DNA of 49,624 nucleotides from a bacterium (GTDB taxonomy: Bacteria; Muiribacteriota; UBA6191). Under the pieces are notes generated by a model. The model had not been told where the DNA came from, did not search any database, and saw nothing but the letters and a program-made list of their open reading frames with translations. This document shows positions 10,097 through 20,515 of the stretch, piece after piece. Positions within the stretch are counted from its first letter, which is position 1. Each line of letters starts with the position of its first letter. The stretch lies in contig JAYZAC010000156.1 in NCBI GenBank assembly GCA_036339875.1, forward strand, positions 1 to 49,624. The letters run 5' to 3'. The position numbers were made by a program, and so were the translations under genes.

Positions 10097-12216
10097 TGGA
10101 AATCATCAAGTTGCTAAGATCAAATAGTAAATACACTCATGCAGTATTGATCGGAACGATTTTATCTATTTATTTCTTGGCCTGGCAAATTAAAGTCAAC
10201 TCAGTGCCCTCTGTGGAAGACTTCAGTAGTTTTTTTTATCCATTTTTGAACTATTTATATGCGTCAATAGTATTCGATCCAGAATACTCATTTTTATCTA
10301 GGGTTGTTATCACTGATAATTCACCGCTGGGTCTACTAATTCCCGCCGCAATTATAAGCACTCTAAATATGCAGCTACTATTCATTAAGGCTCATTATCT
10401 CCTCGTAATTCCGTTACTTTTTGCTATCTGCTCTACTACATTATTTTTTAATTTTGATGTAAAAACACGCTGGATATTTATCGCTACAATATTCTTTTTT
10501 CCACCGATCCAAATTCTTCTTAAAGCAGATTATACTAACAGTAGCAGCGTCGTATTTAGCCTACTGTCTGTATTATTTATGCGATCTTACATAAATAAAA
10601 ATAAATTAGCTCATTTACTTGGGTTTTCAATTTGTACATGGTACTCAGTAATTACCGGTATCAGTGGATTACTTTTCTCTATCAACATTCTGATAGCCAC
10701 CTATGCATCGTTAATAAAAGACCATCAAAAAATTATCAAAGTTTCTATGGCGATCCTCATTATTGCCTTACTTTCATCTCCTTTTTACTATGCTGAAAAC
10801 TTAACTTTTTTCATCAATGGATTATTAATTCCAGATCATTTGCCCAAGACCTTATCAAAAGTATTCATCTTAATGATGCCAAATTTACTCCTATTATCTA
10901 GCTACCTTTCTGCTAATAATATTAAGACTTTAGACTGCCCAAAGTTCTTCAAAGATTTCTTATTACTTTTTTGTTTTCTAATATTAAGCATATATCTGAT
11001 CTGCAAAGATCCTCAATCAAGTACTGGTGGTTGGATTACCCTAATAACCTTTGTTCTTGGGTATATCACCATTACGTTTATAGACTTTAAGTACAAGTTC
11101 GAGAAGATCTGTAAATTTGAATTTCTTGTAACAATTGTTTGCATGATGAATTGTTTAATATTATACGAATTCTCTAACCAAAAAATTCTAGCTTTTTTGA
11201 CTTTTTCTTTATTGCTTGTGTGTATCCAATCCTTGTTACAAACTAGAAGTAATTCACGAAAACTATGCTTTTTACTCGTATGCTTTTGCTGTAGTAACTT
11301 CTTTCCAACAAGTAGTCAACTACAGAATTGGCTAGAAGGTAATGGAATGCGTTTAAGTGTCAATTTAGTAAAGAATCTCCACTTTAACTCACTCGGCTGG
11401 CAAAAATCGGAGATGAAAATTACTCAATTAGAACTAGAAACTATTCTGAGTAGGTATAATTTTTCTAATGAGAAATCTCTTTGTGCTTTTAACAACCTGC
11501 ACTTTAACTCTAGATTACTATTGAGTATTCCTGTAAATTTTTCATCATCTATACCTAGTTTAAAGAGGTTAGATGAATTATCTCAAGAAGATCTGAATAA
11601 GTTTTTGATAACTTATGGTCAACGCAAACAAGAATTGTTCGAAGACTGGCTGAGAAAAAAAAGATTTAGCTACCTTATCGAGGGTGTAAAACCTTGGGAG
11701 ATCGATCATCAACCATCAGCACCCTTAGCTGAATTACAAAACAATCCAAATCGTAAAGGTGAAATCGGTATGTCTTTAAGTAGATCTTTTGTTGAGTATC
11801 TTCATAACTCAGGTAAGATTGAGAAATATTATGAAAAATACGAAATACCCCAGAATGACCCTCGCATAAATCTCTACGTTAATCGAAGTATGCCTAAGGT
11901 TAAGGATCAACCAAAAAGAATGAATCTGGAACTTAGTCGATTAGGCATTCATCTTCCGATTGATCTTTATCGAAAGAACCCACCAGACTGGTTTCAAAAA
12001 ATTCATCCCAAAATTCAGAACCAAATACGGTCTAGAGAAGCCATAAAAATTCATACTTTAGGTAAAAAATTCTTAGATCAAGCTAACTATTTTGAAGCTT
12101 ATAAGCGGCTAAGAATCGCTTTTGAAATTGATCCAACTAATTCCACAATAAAAACTGACTATGAAGCGATTCAGTCACAATTACCAAATTCTTTCGATAA
12201 ATTCCTAGAAAATTGA
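10096..12216 (+). CDS. GT-C-like/TPR membrane protein, degenerate paralog 2
   Basis: Keeps YPFLNYLxAS, PPIQILLK, SNFFP, NSLGW, LHF and one TPR-like unit; lacks PDRD, LH, KHLG; TAATG-coupled to paralog 1. Confidence 0.55.
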   Translation: MEIIKLLRSNSKYTHAVLIGTILSIYFLAWQIKVNSVPSVEDFSSFFYPFLNYLYASIVFDPEYSFLSRVVITDNSPLGLLIPAAIISTLNMQLLFIKAHYLLVIPLLFAICSTTLFFNFDVKTRWIFIATIFFFPPIQILLKADYTNSSSVVFSLLSVLFMRSYINKNKLAHLLGFSICTWYSVITGISGLLFSINILIATYASLIKDHQKIIKVSMAILIIALLSSPFYYAENLTFFINGLLIPDHLPKTLSKVFILMMPNLLLLSSYLSANNIKTLDCPKFFKDFLLLFCFLILSIYLICKDPQSSTGGWITLITFVLGYITITFIDFKYKFEKICKFEFLVTIVCMMNCLILYEFSNQKILAFLTFSLLLVCIQSLLQTRSNSRKLCFLLVCFCCSNFFPTSSQLQNWLEGNGMRLSVNLVKNLHFNSLGWQKSEMKITQLELETILSRYNFSNEKSLCAFNNLHFNSRLLLSIPVNFSSSIPSLKRLDELSQEDLNKFLITYGQRKQELFEDWLRKKRFSYLIEGVKPWEIDHQPSAPLAELQNNPNRKGEIGMSLSRSFVEYLHNSGKIEKYYEKYEIPQNDPRINLYVNRSMPKVKDQPKRMNLELSRLGIHLPIDLYRKNPPDWFQKIHPKIQNQIRSREAIKIHTLGKKFLDQANYFEAYKRLRIAFEIDPTNSTIKTDYEAIQSQLPNSFDKFLEN

Positions 12217-12234
12217 GTACTACAGTGTATTAAA

Positions 12235-15200
12235 ATGTATCGGATGAACAGAAAACTTATAATTCTGGGTTTAGAAATTCTACTTGGTTTTCTAGCTTGC
12301 TTCATATTTCTTTGGGCATGGGTTTGCTATGTGGAACCATTTCCTGATAGAGATTCACTAAGTCAAACGCTTTACCCAATTTTGAATTATTTAAAAGCTT
12401 CTACTTTGATCGGTAACGATTTCATATTTTTAAGGCAACTTATGCCTTCAGAATATCCCTCGGGAATTTTATTTATCCCTTGGATCGTTGCATTCGTGGG
12501 CTTACAACAACTATTTTTAGAAACTCCTTGGTTATTAAGCACTTTTCTACTCATACCACTGTGCCTAACGGCATGGCTCGTACAAGCCAAGAAACTCAAT
12601 ACTTGGTTCGTTTTATTCGTCATTTTTTTCTTTCCTCCGGTTCAACTATGCCTCAAGAATCTTAATTTGCACTCCTTTATTGTGCTCTATAATTTGGCCG
12701 CTATTTTCCTGATTTATGACTATCGTAAAAATGAAAGATTCATTTCTTTGATTCTAGGAATAATATTTTTTATTTTCACGTGTAGTATCAAACACCTTGG
12801 AATCATCATTTTTATAAATTTGTGGATTACTTTTTTACTTTGGAAAAAAAGAAAAAGTGAATCACTAATGATTCCGATTATTGTAGGCCTAGCTATTATC
12901 TTGGTGGGAATTCAGGCCTATCCTGAACAGAGTTTGATTCCTTATTTTGAATCATTAAAGAACTACAACCCACTCATAAGTTCCACATTGCTATGGATAA
13001 TGGGGGGATCGGCTCTTTTTATTTTACTATTTTCATGGTTTCAAGGAGTTTCAGAGGATTTTGGAAGATTACAAATTGAGCATCTATTCATAAATCTTGG
13101 ATTTTTTGTAATCAGTGGATTATTAATTTTGGGTATCTTCACACCGCAACCAGATTTTCATGGTCTGATTTGGATGTTATTAAGTTTTGTAATAGGCAAT
13201 GCCTGCTTAATCGGCGTATTGAGATGGGGGCGGTTTGAAACTGATAACGGATTTATGATTCTTGCATTCATTATGCTAGGGGTTACCGCTTTGGTATTCT
13301 ACTTTTCAAGACTCGGTCAAATATCAGCCTTCTTTGTTTTACCATATCTATTGCTACTCATTCTTATCATTCAATCCAAAGTAGATAATTGGAAATTATA
13401 TTGTTTGGGAGCTACATTTTTTTTAATATCTAACTTTTTTCCTCCACTTAATACCTTGGAATCTATAGCAGGCTCTTACGGATTTCGTTTGTATGCGAGA
13501 GGATTCAACATGATTCATCAGAATCCCTTAGGCTGGCAGAAGACTAATGTAACAATCAATCGTAAATCAATAGATAAAGTCTTAAAAACAGTCAACTTCA
13601 CTCAATTAAAATCACCTATTCTCATGGGAAGATATGGAATTCATCATCACGATGCTGTTCAGTTTCATTATCCAAATCAATTTTTTTACGATATTCCAAA
13701 AATATCTTTACCTGAAGACATTTCATCTAATCATCTAAAATCAATCTATTCCAGCCTGCTGAAACTGAAAGATAACTTCTACACAAATTTACTGGAGGAG
13801 GCTCGTATTCCAATCATCTTAGTGGGCAATAGCCCATGGGTAAAATATGAAAAGGAATCATTATCTAAGATCGAAAAAGGGAATATGTTGAAGGCATCAA
13901 ATGTAAAAAGTTGGCTACATGATCCATTCTTCGAATTTTTAGAAAAACAGGACTTACTATCCATATTTTACAAAAAGTATTCCATAGAATCGTACCTTTC
14001 TAAATTGGATCTATACGTACACAAAAAACTACTCAACATTTCAAAGCAAAGTTCAGATTCAAAATCTTTAAAGGTATTACTCGATGACTATAAGAAATAT
14101 AAAAATCCAAATTTAGAAATTGCCCAAAATTATCTATTGAGATCGGATCTATATCTAGAGCAAAAAAAAGTTCTTGCTGCCATAGTCTTACTAATGAAAG
14201 CAACTCAACTAGACCCTGATAATCAATCCATAAATCATAAAATAGAGCACGCTCGAAAACTCCTAAGAACATGGGAAGGGGAAATCTTAGAAAAATACGG
14301 CTGGGCTAAACTAGCTGATATTTTAGAAGATTCTGATTCTTTACCTTGGAAAAAAAAGGAGGACTGGAACAATCATGTTTCTGATATTGAAATGGATTTT
14401 AATTCGGAACAACGCAAAGAAGAGGCCCGAAACTTATTTAAGAAAAGTACCGAATTCTTTGATAAAAATCCACAGCGAGCTATGTCGCTTCTGCAGAAAG
14501 TATTGAAACTTGATCCATTTCATGAAGAGGCAATTAAAGATCTCAAAATTTTGAATGAAATCAAGTTATCAAAACCTGAAGAAACAGAAAATAATAAAAG
14601 AAAAGCCGAGTTACTATTCAAGGAAAGTACTAAATTTTTTGAAATTGATCCATCTAAAGCAGCTGCAATTCTTACTGAAGTTCTAAGGCTGGACCCAGAA
14701 CATAAAGCTGCAAAAGAGGATTTAGGTTTAGCTGAGATCCGTATCAGTAAAGGCTGGAAAGGACCAAAAACAAAGGAACATAAAAAAGCGGATGAGTTAT
14801 TCAAGAGGGCTTCCGAAATATTTAAGTCGAATCCTTCAATGGCTGAATCGATGCTGAAAGAGGCTATAAAATTAGACCCTGCCCACGAAGAGGCTCTTCA
14901 GGATTTAAGAGTCATTGAAATCGAATCCTCTAGAATTAAAGCCTCAAATCTATATCATGAAAGTTTAAAGTATCAGCAAAGGCAACCATTAAAAGCGTTA
15001 AATCTTCTGGAGGAAGCTATCAAACTTGATCCTAATCATGAAATAGCTAAAAGAGATATTGAGCAGATTAAAATTTTTCTAGAAAGTAATTCTCTTAGAA
15101 AAGCCCAAGCAAAATGGTTTTTTTCAAAAGCTAAGAGTATGCTTACAACAAATCAAACGCAAGCAAGGCTAAACCTTCGTAAAGCTCTAGAAATGGACCC

Positions 15201-15252
15201 TGGAAACATTGAAGCTCACGAGCTCGCCAATCAACTATTTGGCAAAGAATAA
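12235..15252 (+). CDS. GT-C-like membrane protein with 6 TPR-like modules (paralog 3)
   Basis: VEPFPDRDS, YPSG, LKNLNLH, KHLG, SNFFP, ARGFNMIHQNPLGW; six AxxLFxxS...LDPxHxxAxxDL-type units. Confidence 0.6.
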   Translation: MYRMNRKLIILGLEILLGFLACFIFLWAWVCYVEPFPDRDSLSQTLYPILNYLKASTLIGNDFIFLRQLMPSEYPSGILFIPWIVAFVGLQQLFLETPWLLSTFLLIPLCLTAWLVQAKKLNTWFVLFVIFFFPPVQLCLKNLNLHSFIVLYNLAAIFLIYDYRKNERFISLILGIIFFIFTCSIKHLGIIIFINLWITFLLWKKRKSESLMIPIIVGLAIILVGIQAYPEQSLIPYFESLKNYNPLISSTLLWIMGGSALFILLFSWFQGVSEDFGRLQIEHLFINLGFFVISGLLILGIFTPQPDFHGLIWMLLSFVIGNACLIGVLRWGRFETDNGFMILAFIMLGVTALVFYFSRLGQISAFFVLPYLLLLILIIQSKVDNWKLYCLGATFFLISNFFPPLNTLESIAGSYGFRLYARGFNMIHQNPLGWQKTNVTINRKSIDKVLKTVNFTQLKSPILMGRYGIHHHDAVQFHYPNQFFYDIPKISLPEDISSNHLKSIYSSLLKLKDNFYTNLLEEARIPIILVGNSPWVKYEKESLSKIEKGNMLKASNVKSWLHDPFFEFLEKQDLLSIFYKKYSIESYLSKLDLYVHKKLLNISKQSSDSKSLKVLLDDYKKYKNPNLEIAQNYLLRSDLYLEQKKVLAAIVLLMKATQLDPDNQSINHKIEHARKLLRTWEGEILEKYGWAKLADILEDSDSLPWKKKEDWNNHVSDIEMDFNSEQRKEEARNLFKKSTEFFDKNPQRAMSLLQKVLKLDPFHEEAIKDLKILNEIKLSKPEETENNKRKAELLFKESTKFFEIDPSKAAAILTEVLRLDPEHKAAKEDLGLAEIRISKGWKGPKTKEHKKADELFKRASEIFKSNPSMAESMLKEAIKLDPAHEEALQDLRVIEIESSRIKASNLYHESLKYQQRQPLKALNLLEEAIKLDPNHEIAKRDIEQIKIFLESNSLRKAQAKWFFSKAKSMLTTNQTQARLNLRKALEMDPGNIEAHELANQLFGKE

Positions 15253-17273
15253 TGAAAAAAAGTATCAAAACTTGGTACAGATTTACACTGTATCTCGCTT
15301 TTCCGCTTCTCTATTGTATGGCCTGGGTAACTGTTGTTGGGCCTTCACCAGATAAAGACGGAATCTATCAGTTGTATTATCCACTCCTCAATTTCCTGAA
15401 GGGTTCTGAAGCACTTGGCCTAGATTACTTCGTTTTATCTAGCGAATTTTTTTATGACGCTTATCCTGATGGAGCAGCTATTCTCTCATGGTTAATTTGT
15501 TTTCTTAAACTTCATTCCTTCTTCCTAAAAGAACCATATCTAATAATTATATTCTTACTAATACCGTTTATACCCATTCTGTTAGTCACTCCATTAAAAT
15601 CGAGAAATTTGCTCATCATTTATGGATTGTTTTTTCTTCCAGCCATGCAAATCTGCTTGAAAGGCTTCTCACCTCATGCCTTCAATACATTATTCTCATT
15701 CGCTGGAGTTTTAAGTTTCGTCATTTACTATCGTAATAAAAGTATCAGATGGCTTATCTACACTATTTTCTTATTCTGGGTATCGATGATTTTCAAGCAC
15801 ATGGGCGTGCTTCATTTTTTATCATTTTTGAGTGCATATTTCATATGGCAACTGCTAGGTAAAACTAGATCAATGCTCGAAAATATTTTGCTAATGTTAA
15901 CTCCTTTATTAGCAATTCCTCTATACCCTTGGGGACAAAGTTCTGAATATCTTCAAACTAGTCTATCTCACGCTCCGTTTCTAAGAACATATTATTTATT
16001 GGTATATTTTATTTTTGCAATTCTTATACTTATTCCAACAATTATTTTAATAATAAAATCTAAATCGATTAATTCATCAAAATCAAAATGCTTGTGGTTG
16101 GAATCATCGGCTCCCGTTTTGATTGCTATTTGCCTAATGTTCTGGGTATGGGTTGAACCTCCCTCGGAGCAGAAATCAATGGCTAATGCACTCCTAGTTT
16201 TAGCATTAGGTTATGCTGCCTGTACTTATTTAATTACGACTTACAGAATTACGGGAATTCGATCATTACTTATTCTTATTACATTGCTTACGTTAAGCCA
16301 TAACTGCTCGATTTATGTCTCTTGGATAGCAAAAAGCTCTTACTTATTTTTTTTACCACAGCTCCTACTTATGTTTTTATGGTCAATGCATAGGCCAAGA
16401 TATGGAAAGTTAGTATTAGTAGTAATTGGACTAATTCTACTAAGCAACTTATTTCCTAAATTAAGTCTATTAGAACAAAATCCACGATTAAATAAGTTGT
16501 CATCAATTTATTTCGAAGGATTTAAATCAATTCATCAAAATCCACTGGGTTGGAATAGATCTGAAATCAGAAAAATGCGCAATAACCTAGATCGTACTTT
16601 TCAAGCTGAAGGTATACAAAATGGTAGCCTCTATATTAATCATGCTCTACATTACCATTCTCGAAATACCTTATTATTTGCTCGAAATATAATACATTTC
16701 ATCGGTTCAATTAATTCACTAGATGACTTAAATGAAAAATCAGCCCTATCTCTGAAACAAGCATGGTTGGATAAAAAATCAAAATTATTCTCAGAATGGT
16801 CTCACTCAGGCAAAATTAGCTTAATAATTACTGGCAAGGATCCTTTTACAAATCGAAAAAATGAAATCTTTAATTTAAGTAATCTCATGACTAAACAAAA
16901 TTTTCATCCTAACCAATTTCTTCAGGCAATTGGTATGCAGTATTTCTCGCACTTAAAGTCTTCGAAAACACTCCAAGTATTCTACAGACCGGTAAGCGTT
17001 GCATCACTCAAGTCATTAACTTTTTGGATTCACCGAGAACTCAAACCAAAAGAAAAACAACTCTCAGCTTACAATGTTTGGAAATCTGAACTTACTGGGC
17101 TGACGAATAGATTCAAAGATGAGGCCATGCATCTCTTTCTCGAAAGTAATCAGTACTATGATTCAAATCCTGAGAAATGCCTTCAATTACTTAAAAAAGC
17201 AAATCACCTAGATCCAGAAAATACAGAAGTTAAAAAAGATTTAGAAGCTCTAATTCAGAGATTAGAAAAGTAA
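15252..17273 (+). CDS. GT-C-like/TPR membrane protein (paralog 4)
   Basis: GPSPDKDG, YPDG, LKGFSPH, KHMG, SNLFP, HQNPLGW, LHYH; one TPR-like unit; TAATG-coupled to paralog 3. Confidence 0.6.
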   Translation: MKKSIKTWYRFTLYLAFPLLYCMAWVTVVGPSPDKDGIYQLYYPLLNFLKGSEALGLDYFVLSSEFFYDAYPDGAAILSWLICFLKLHSFFLKEPYLIIIFLLIPFIPILLVTPLKSRNLLIIYGLFFLPAMQICLKGFSPHAFNTLFSFAGVLSFVIYYRNKSIRWLIYTIFLFWVSMIFKHMGVLHFLSFLSAYFIWQLLGKTRSMLENILLMLTPLLAIPLYPWGQSSEYLQTSLSHAPFLRTYYLLVYFIFAILILIPTIILIIKSKSINSSKSKCLWLESSAPVLIAICLMFWVWVEPPSEQKSMANALLVLALGYAACTYLITTYRITGIRSLLILITLLTLSHNCSIYVSWIAKSSYLFFLPQLLLMFLWSMHRPRYGKLVLVVIGLILLSNLFPKLSLLEQNPRLNKLSSIYFEGFKSIHQNPLGWNRSEIRKMRNNLDRTFQAEGIQNGSLYINHALHYHSRNTLLFARNIIHFIGSINSLDDLNEKSALSLKQAWLDKKSKLFSEWSHSGKISLIITGKDPFTNRKNEIFNLSNLMTKQNFHPNQFLQAIGMQYFSHLKSSKTLQVFYRPVSVASLKSLTFWIHRELKPKEKQLSAYNVWKSELTGLTNRFKDEAMHLFLESNQYYDSNPEKCLQLLKKANHLDPENTEVKKDLEALIQRLEK

Positions 17274-20200
17274 CCATTTTTATCACAATACTCCTCGAAA
17301 CCAACATCGAGACAGAAGTTTTCTCTATAACTATCATGCTTAGATAACCAGTCATTAAGTTGTTTGAAGAATCTCTTAACAATGTGTAACTCATTTAATG
17401 CTTGGTCAAAATCTATTGCATTCAAAACTAGGTTTGTAATTTCGTGGTAACAATTGAAATTGGAACAAGAACGTCGCAAATTAATCAAGGTAATTTCACG
17501 GGCTTTATGAGCGTATCCCAATCGCAACCATAACTCAGAAAGCTCTTCTAGCCAGCGATAATCCTTAAATTCATTCTTTTTTTGTTCTGAGTGGAATTTA
17601 TCTAACTCCATTACAGCATCTGTAAAAAATTCCATCCGAATTGCACAACGAATCCATTCAAAAATCAGCTTTGAACTTCCAACATTCTCTGCTAATTCTG
17701 ATAACTCAATGAGAGCACTATAATTGTGTAAAAATTCTGATCTAGAAATAGAGTCAAAAAGTATACGAATGAATCTTGAGCGAGAGAATGAATCTAGAGT
17801 TTTTATAAGTGGAATGCTTTTTTGTAAATCTCGTATAGCAGGCCTAAGTAAGAATAGTTCTCGATATAGACGGACCTCAGACTCATGCTGAGATTCTGTC
17901 ACCCTAGACAGAACTGTTTCAAATAGTTTTAGTTCACCGTCTTTCAATAAATTAATTGCTAGTTTTATTTTTTTACTATCTTCAGTATCAGCTAAACTCA
18001 AATTATTTATTAAGCTCATTCTCAACCATTCATAAACCTTCTCATAATTGAGTTCATTAAATAATTTGTAGAAACAAAACCAAGACCTTAATGAAGATTC
18101 ATTAAGATCGTAATTCGGAAATTTCTTTAGTAAATTTTGGGCGAGTTCTGGTTTTATAAGATTTTGGACGCTCGAGCGCCTGTTTGATCGTTCTTCATAC
18201 CAGACTTCAAGTTCGCCAAACTCTTCTCCAGCTGAAATTTTCTGTAGCAAAGTCTGAAACTGAATGCGTAGTTCAAGCTTGGTTGAACTCAATTCTTTTT
18301 TCAGATCTTGAATAACTTTGGACTCCTTTGATAATTGGGATGTTTCACTCAGCCAGCTTAGAAGTACATCCGCATGGTCTAAACGATCAATCTCAAGCGC
18401 TTGATAAATCATTTGCTCCAGTAATGAATCATCGAAAAGATCATTATGATTAGATATTATCTTTGCTAACTCAGAATGCGACATAACTTCTAAAGCTTCC
18501 TGCATTATTTCTAGCCTATAAGCTTTTGTTTCATAAATTGAGGAATCTATGCTCGGTGACAATAAGGCTCGAGAGACCCAGAACATTCGAGTTTGAAGAT
18601 TGAAGAGCTTTAAGTACGGAATTAACTCTTTGATAAACTCTTCATGATTTCCTAATTTAAGGCTTTCAGAGTATAAATTTTCTATTTGGATAGCTAAGGT
18701 TGCCTCAATATCTTTGCTCAGCTTATTAGTAGTTATATTTCCTAATAGGCCAGTAAGAAGTTCATCTGGTTCGTCATGTAAATGATTCATTGCATCTGAC
18801 AACTTCTGATCATCTATCTTAGATAAATTCTTTAAGTATTTTGGTAATGAACCTGTCCTATTAACATAGTCCGATCCTACAGAAAATTTCCAACATGAGG
18901 ATTTAAATTCAGCTTTTTCAATTAATTCATTCACACATTCACGCAATGCTTGATTGGAATCTTCCCTCAATAAGTTGTTTAACTTATTCTGCAGTAACTG
19001 TACAAAATTTGGATTCGCTGTCCCGTGTAATAGATTTAACAAAGAATGCACCTTGGATTCAATTCTTGGTAAATGAGAAATTAAAACGGACGCTTTAACG
19101 CTACCTGAAGTGACCGCTGACCAATAAATTTTGTTATCAAAGTTTTCAACCAAGTAGGAGGTACTAGGATCCTTAGCAAGTGATATCATCCATAAATCAC
19201 AATACTCAACTCCTAATTTACAGATTGATTCATTCGCTCTATTGATTAACGAATCTCTAACTTCTGGTTTTTTCATTCTCTTTATAATTCTAATAACTTC
19301 CAAAAAATTAGATTTAATTTCATCCTCTGAGCTATCTTTTTTAAGAATTAATTTCTCAAGTAAATATTGAACTTTTGATCTTGGGATTCTTAATTTTGAA
19401 TAAGTGGAGGAGTCACTATTTGTAGTTTGGAGGATATAATCTTCAATTTGCTTACGTAGATAACATTTATCCTGTAAAGATGCATAATGATTGGAGCAAT
19501 CATCCTCTAAAGAAATACTATGCGTAGTATCTGTCGAAGATTCAACAGACTTGCTAGAGGCTGAACCTAAAACTGCATCAGAAAAAAACTTTAAAATTGT
19601 ATTCAAATCTTTTGTAAAACCATAAGTCACCTTAAGAGCCGGTATTGGGGAAAACTTGGTTGATTGAAGATTTTTCTGGTAAGGATTTAATTTAGGCAAT
19701 GACTCACAACAAAGTTTATCCCAGTCCCGATGAAAACTACTCGTATAATCATAAACCAGTGCTTTAAAATTCGGAAAAACTCTCACAAAAAGATTAGCAA
19801 CAACCGAGCCACCTGAATGCGCTAAAACACATATTTTATTACTATCCACCAAAGGATGACTCCTCAAAATTTGCCAACCTATGTAGGTCTCGTATAAACG
19901 GATACCCATTAAGTGATGACCAAGCTTAACAAGCTCTCTTGAGATAGAAGATTCATAAATACGCCGCATAGCCCGAAAACTGATTGTAAATATTCCAAAG
20001 CCATTTTCTAGCAACTTCGAACTTACATTCTGACTTACGAAGGAACTGCAGTTATCACCATGCCCATGGATACCTAAGATCATCGAATGTTTGTGAATAG
20101 AACTCGAAGGGAAAACTATTCTTGCTTCGAAAACTCCCACGAGACTATCGCTAATTTTAAGTCGCTGAATCATTACTCCCTGATTTTCCTCTTCTTCAAC

Positions 20201-20515
20201 TATTTCCACTTTAGGAGGAGACGACTCAAAATGAGAGATCAATTTATCCAGATTCAGTGCTCTACGAATAATCTCTTCTTGATTAAGAGTATCAGAGTGA
20301 GTAACTAAAGTCCTTTGAGAAACTGATGATGTTTTCGAAATAGATTGATCGCCACCGAGTTTTGTAGACAAATTTTGAAGTAAAACTTGATAAGATTTCG
20401 ACTCAATAATATCGATTTTCTGATAAAAGTTTTCGAGAATTTGAATAGTATTAGCTTCTGCGCAGTAGATGCCAGAAAAGACTATTAGTACTAGTTTTGT
20501 AAAAATCTTATACAC
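17255..20515 (-). CDS. Secreted protein: N-terminal alpha/beta-hydrolase-fold domain plus long helical region (paralog A)
   Basis: Signal peptide ending AEA; IHGHG, FRAMR, LMGIR, nucleophile elbow AHSGG, DYxSxFxRxW, CCESLP; Leu/Glu/Lys-rich C-terminal 750 aa. Confidence 0.62.
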   Translation of the reverse strand: MYKIFTKLVLIVFSGIYCAEANTIQILENFYQKIDIIESKSYQVLLQNLSTKLGGDQSISKTSSVSQRTLVTHSDTLNQEEIIRRALNLDKLISHFESSPPKVEIVEEEENQGVMIQRLKISDSLVGVFEARIVFPSSSIHKHSMILGIHGHGDNCSSFVSQNVSSKLLENGFGIFTISFRAMRRIYESSISRELVKLGHHLMGIRLYETYIGWQILRSHPLVDSNKICVLAHSGGSVVANLFVRVFPNFKALVYDYTSSFHRDWDKLCCESLPKLNPYQKNLQSTKFSPIPALKVTYGFTKDLNTILKFFSDAVLGSASSKSVESSTDTTHSISLEDDCSNHYASLQDKCYLRKQIEDYILQTTNSDSSTYSKLRIPRSKVQYLLEKLILKKDSSEDEIKSNFLEVIRIIKRMKKPEVRDSLINRANESICKLGVEYCDLWMISLAKDPSTSYLVENFDNKIYWSAVTSGSVKASVLISHLPRIESKVHSLLNLLHGTANPNFVQLLQNKLNNLLREDSNQALRECVNELIEKAEFKSSCWKFSVGSDYVNRTGSLPKYLKNLSKIDDQKLSDAMNHLHDEPDELLTGLLGNITTNKLSKDIEATLAIQIENLYSESLKLGNHEEFIKELIPYLKLFNLQTRMFWVSRALLSPSIDSSIYETKAYRLEIMQEALEVMSHSELAKIISNHNDLFDDSLLEQMIYQALEIDRLDHADVLLSWLSETSQLSKESKVIQDLKKELSSTKLELRIQFQTLLQKISAGEEFGELEVWYEERSNRRSSVQNLIKPELAQNLLKKFPNYDLNESSLRSWFCFYKLFNELNYEKVYEWLRMSLINNLSLADTEDSKKIKLAINLLKDGELKLFETVLSRVTESQHESEVRLYRELFLLRPAIRDLQKSIPLIKTLDSFSRSRFIRILFDSISRSEFLHNYSALIELSELAENVGSSKLIFEWIRCAIRMEFFTDAVMELDKFHSEQKKNEFKDYRWLEELSELWLRLGYAHKAREITLINLRRSCSNFNCYHEITNLVLNAIDFDQALNELHIVKRFFKQLNDWLSKHDSYRENFCLDVGFEEYCDKNGYFSNL

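Noticed and set aside
14400..15240. CRISPR array or DNA tandem repeat
   Set aside because: Periodicity is at the protein level (TPR-like modules) with diverged codons inside an open frame; no identical repeats with spacers and no cas genes.
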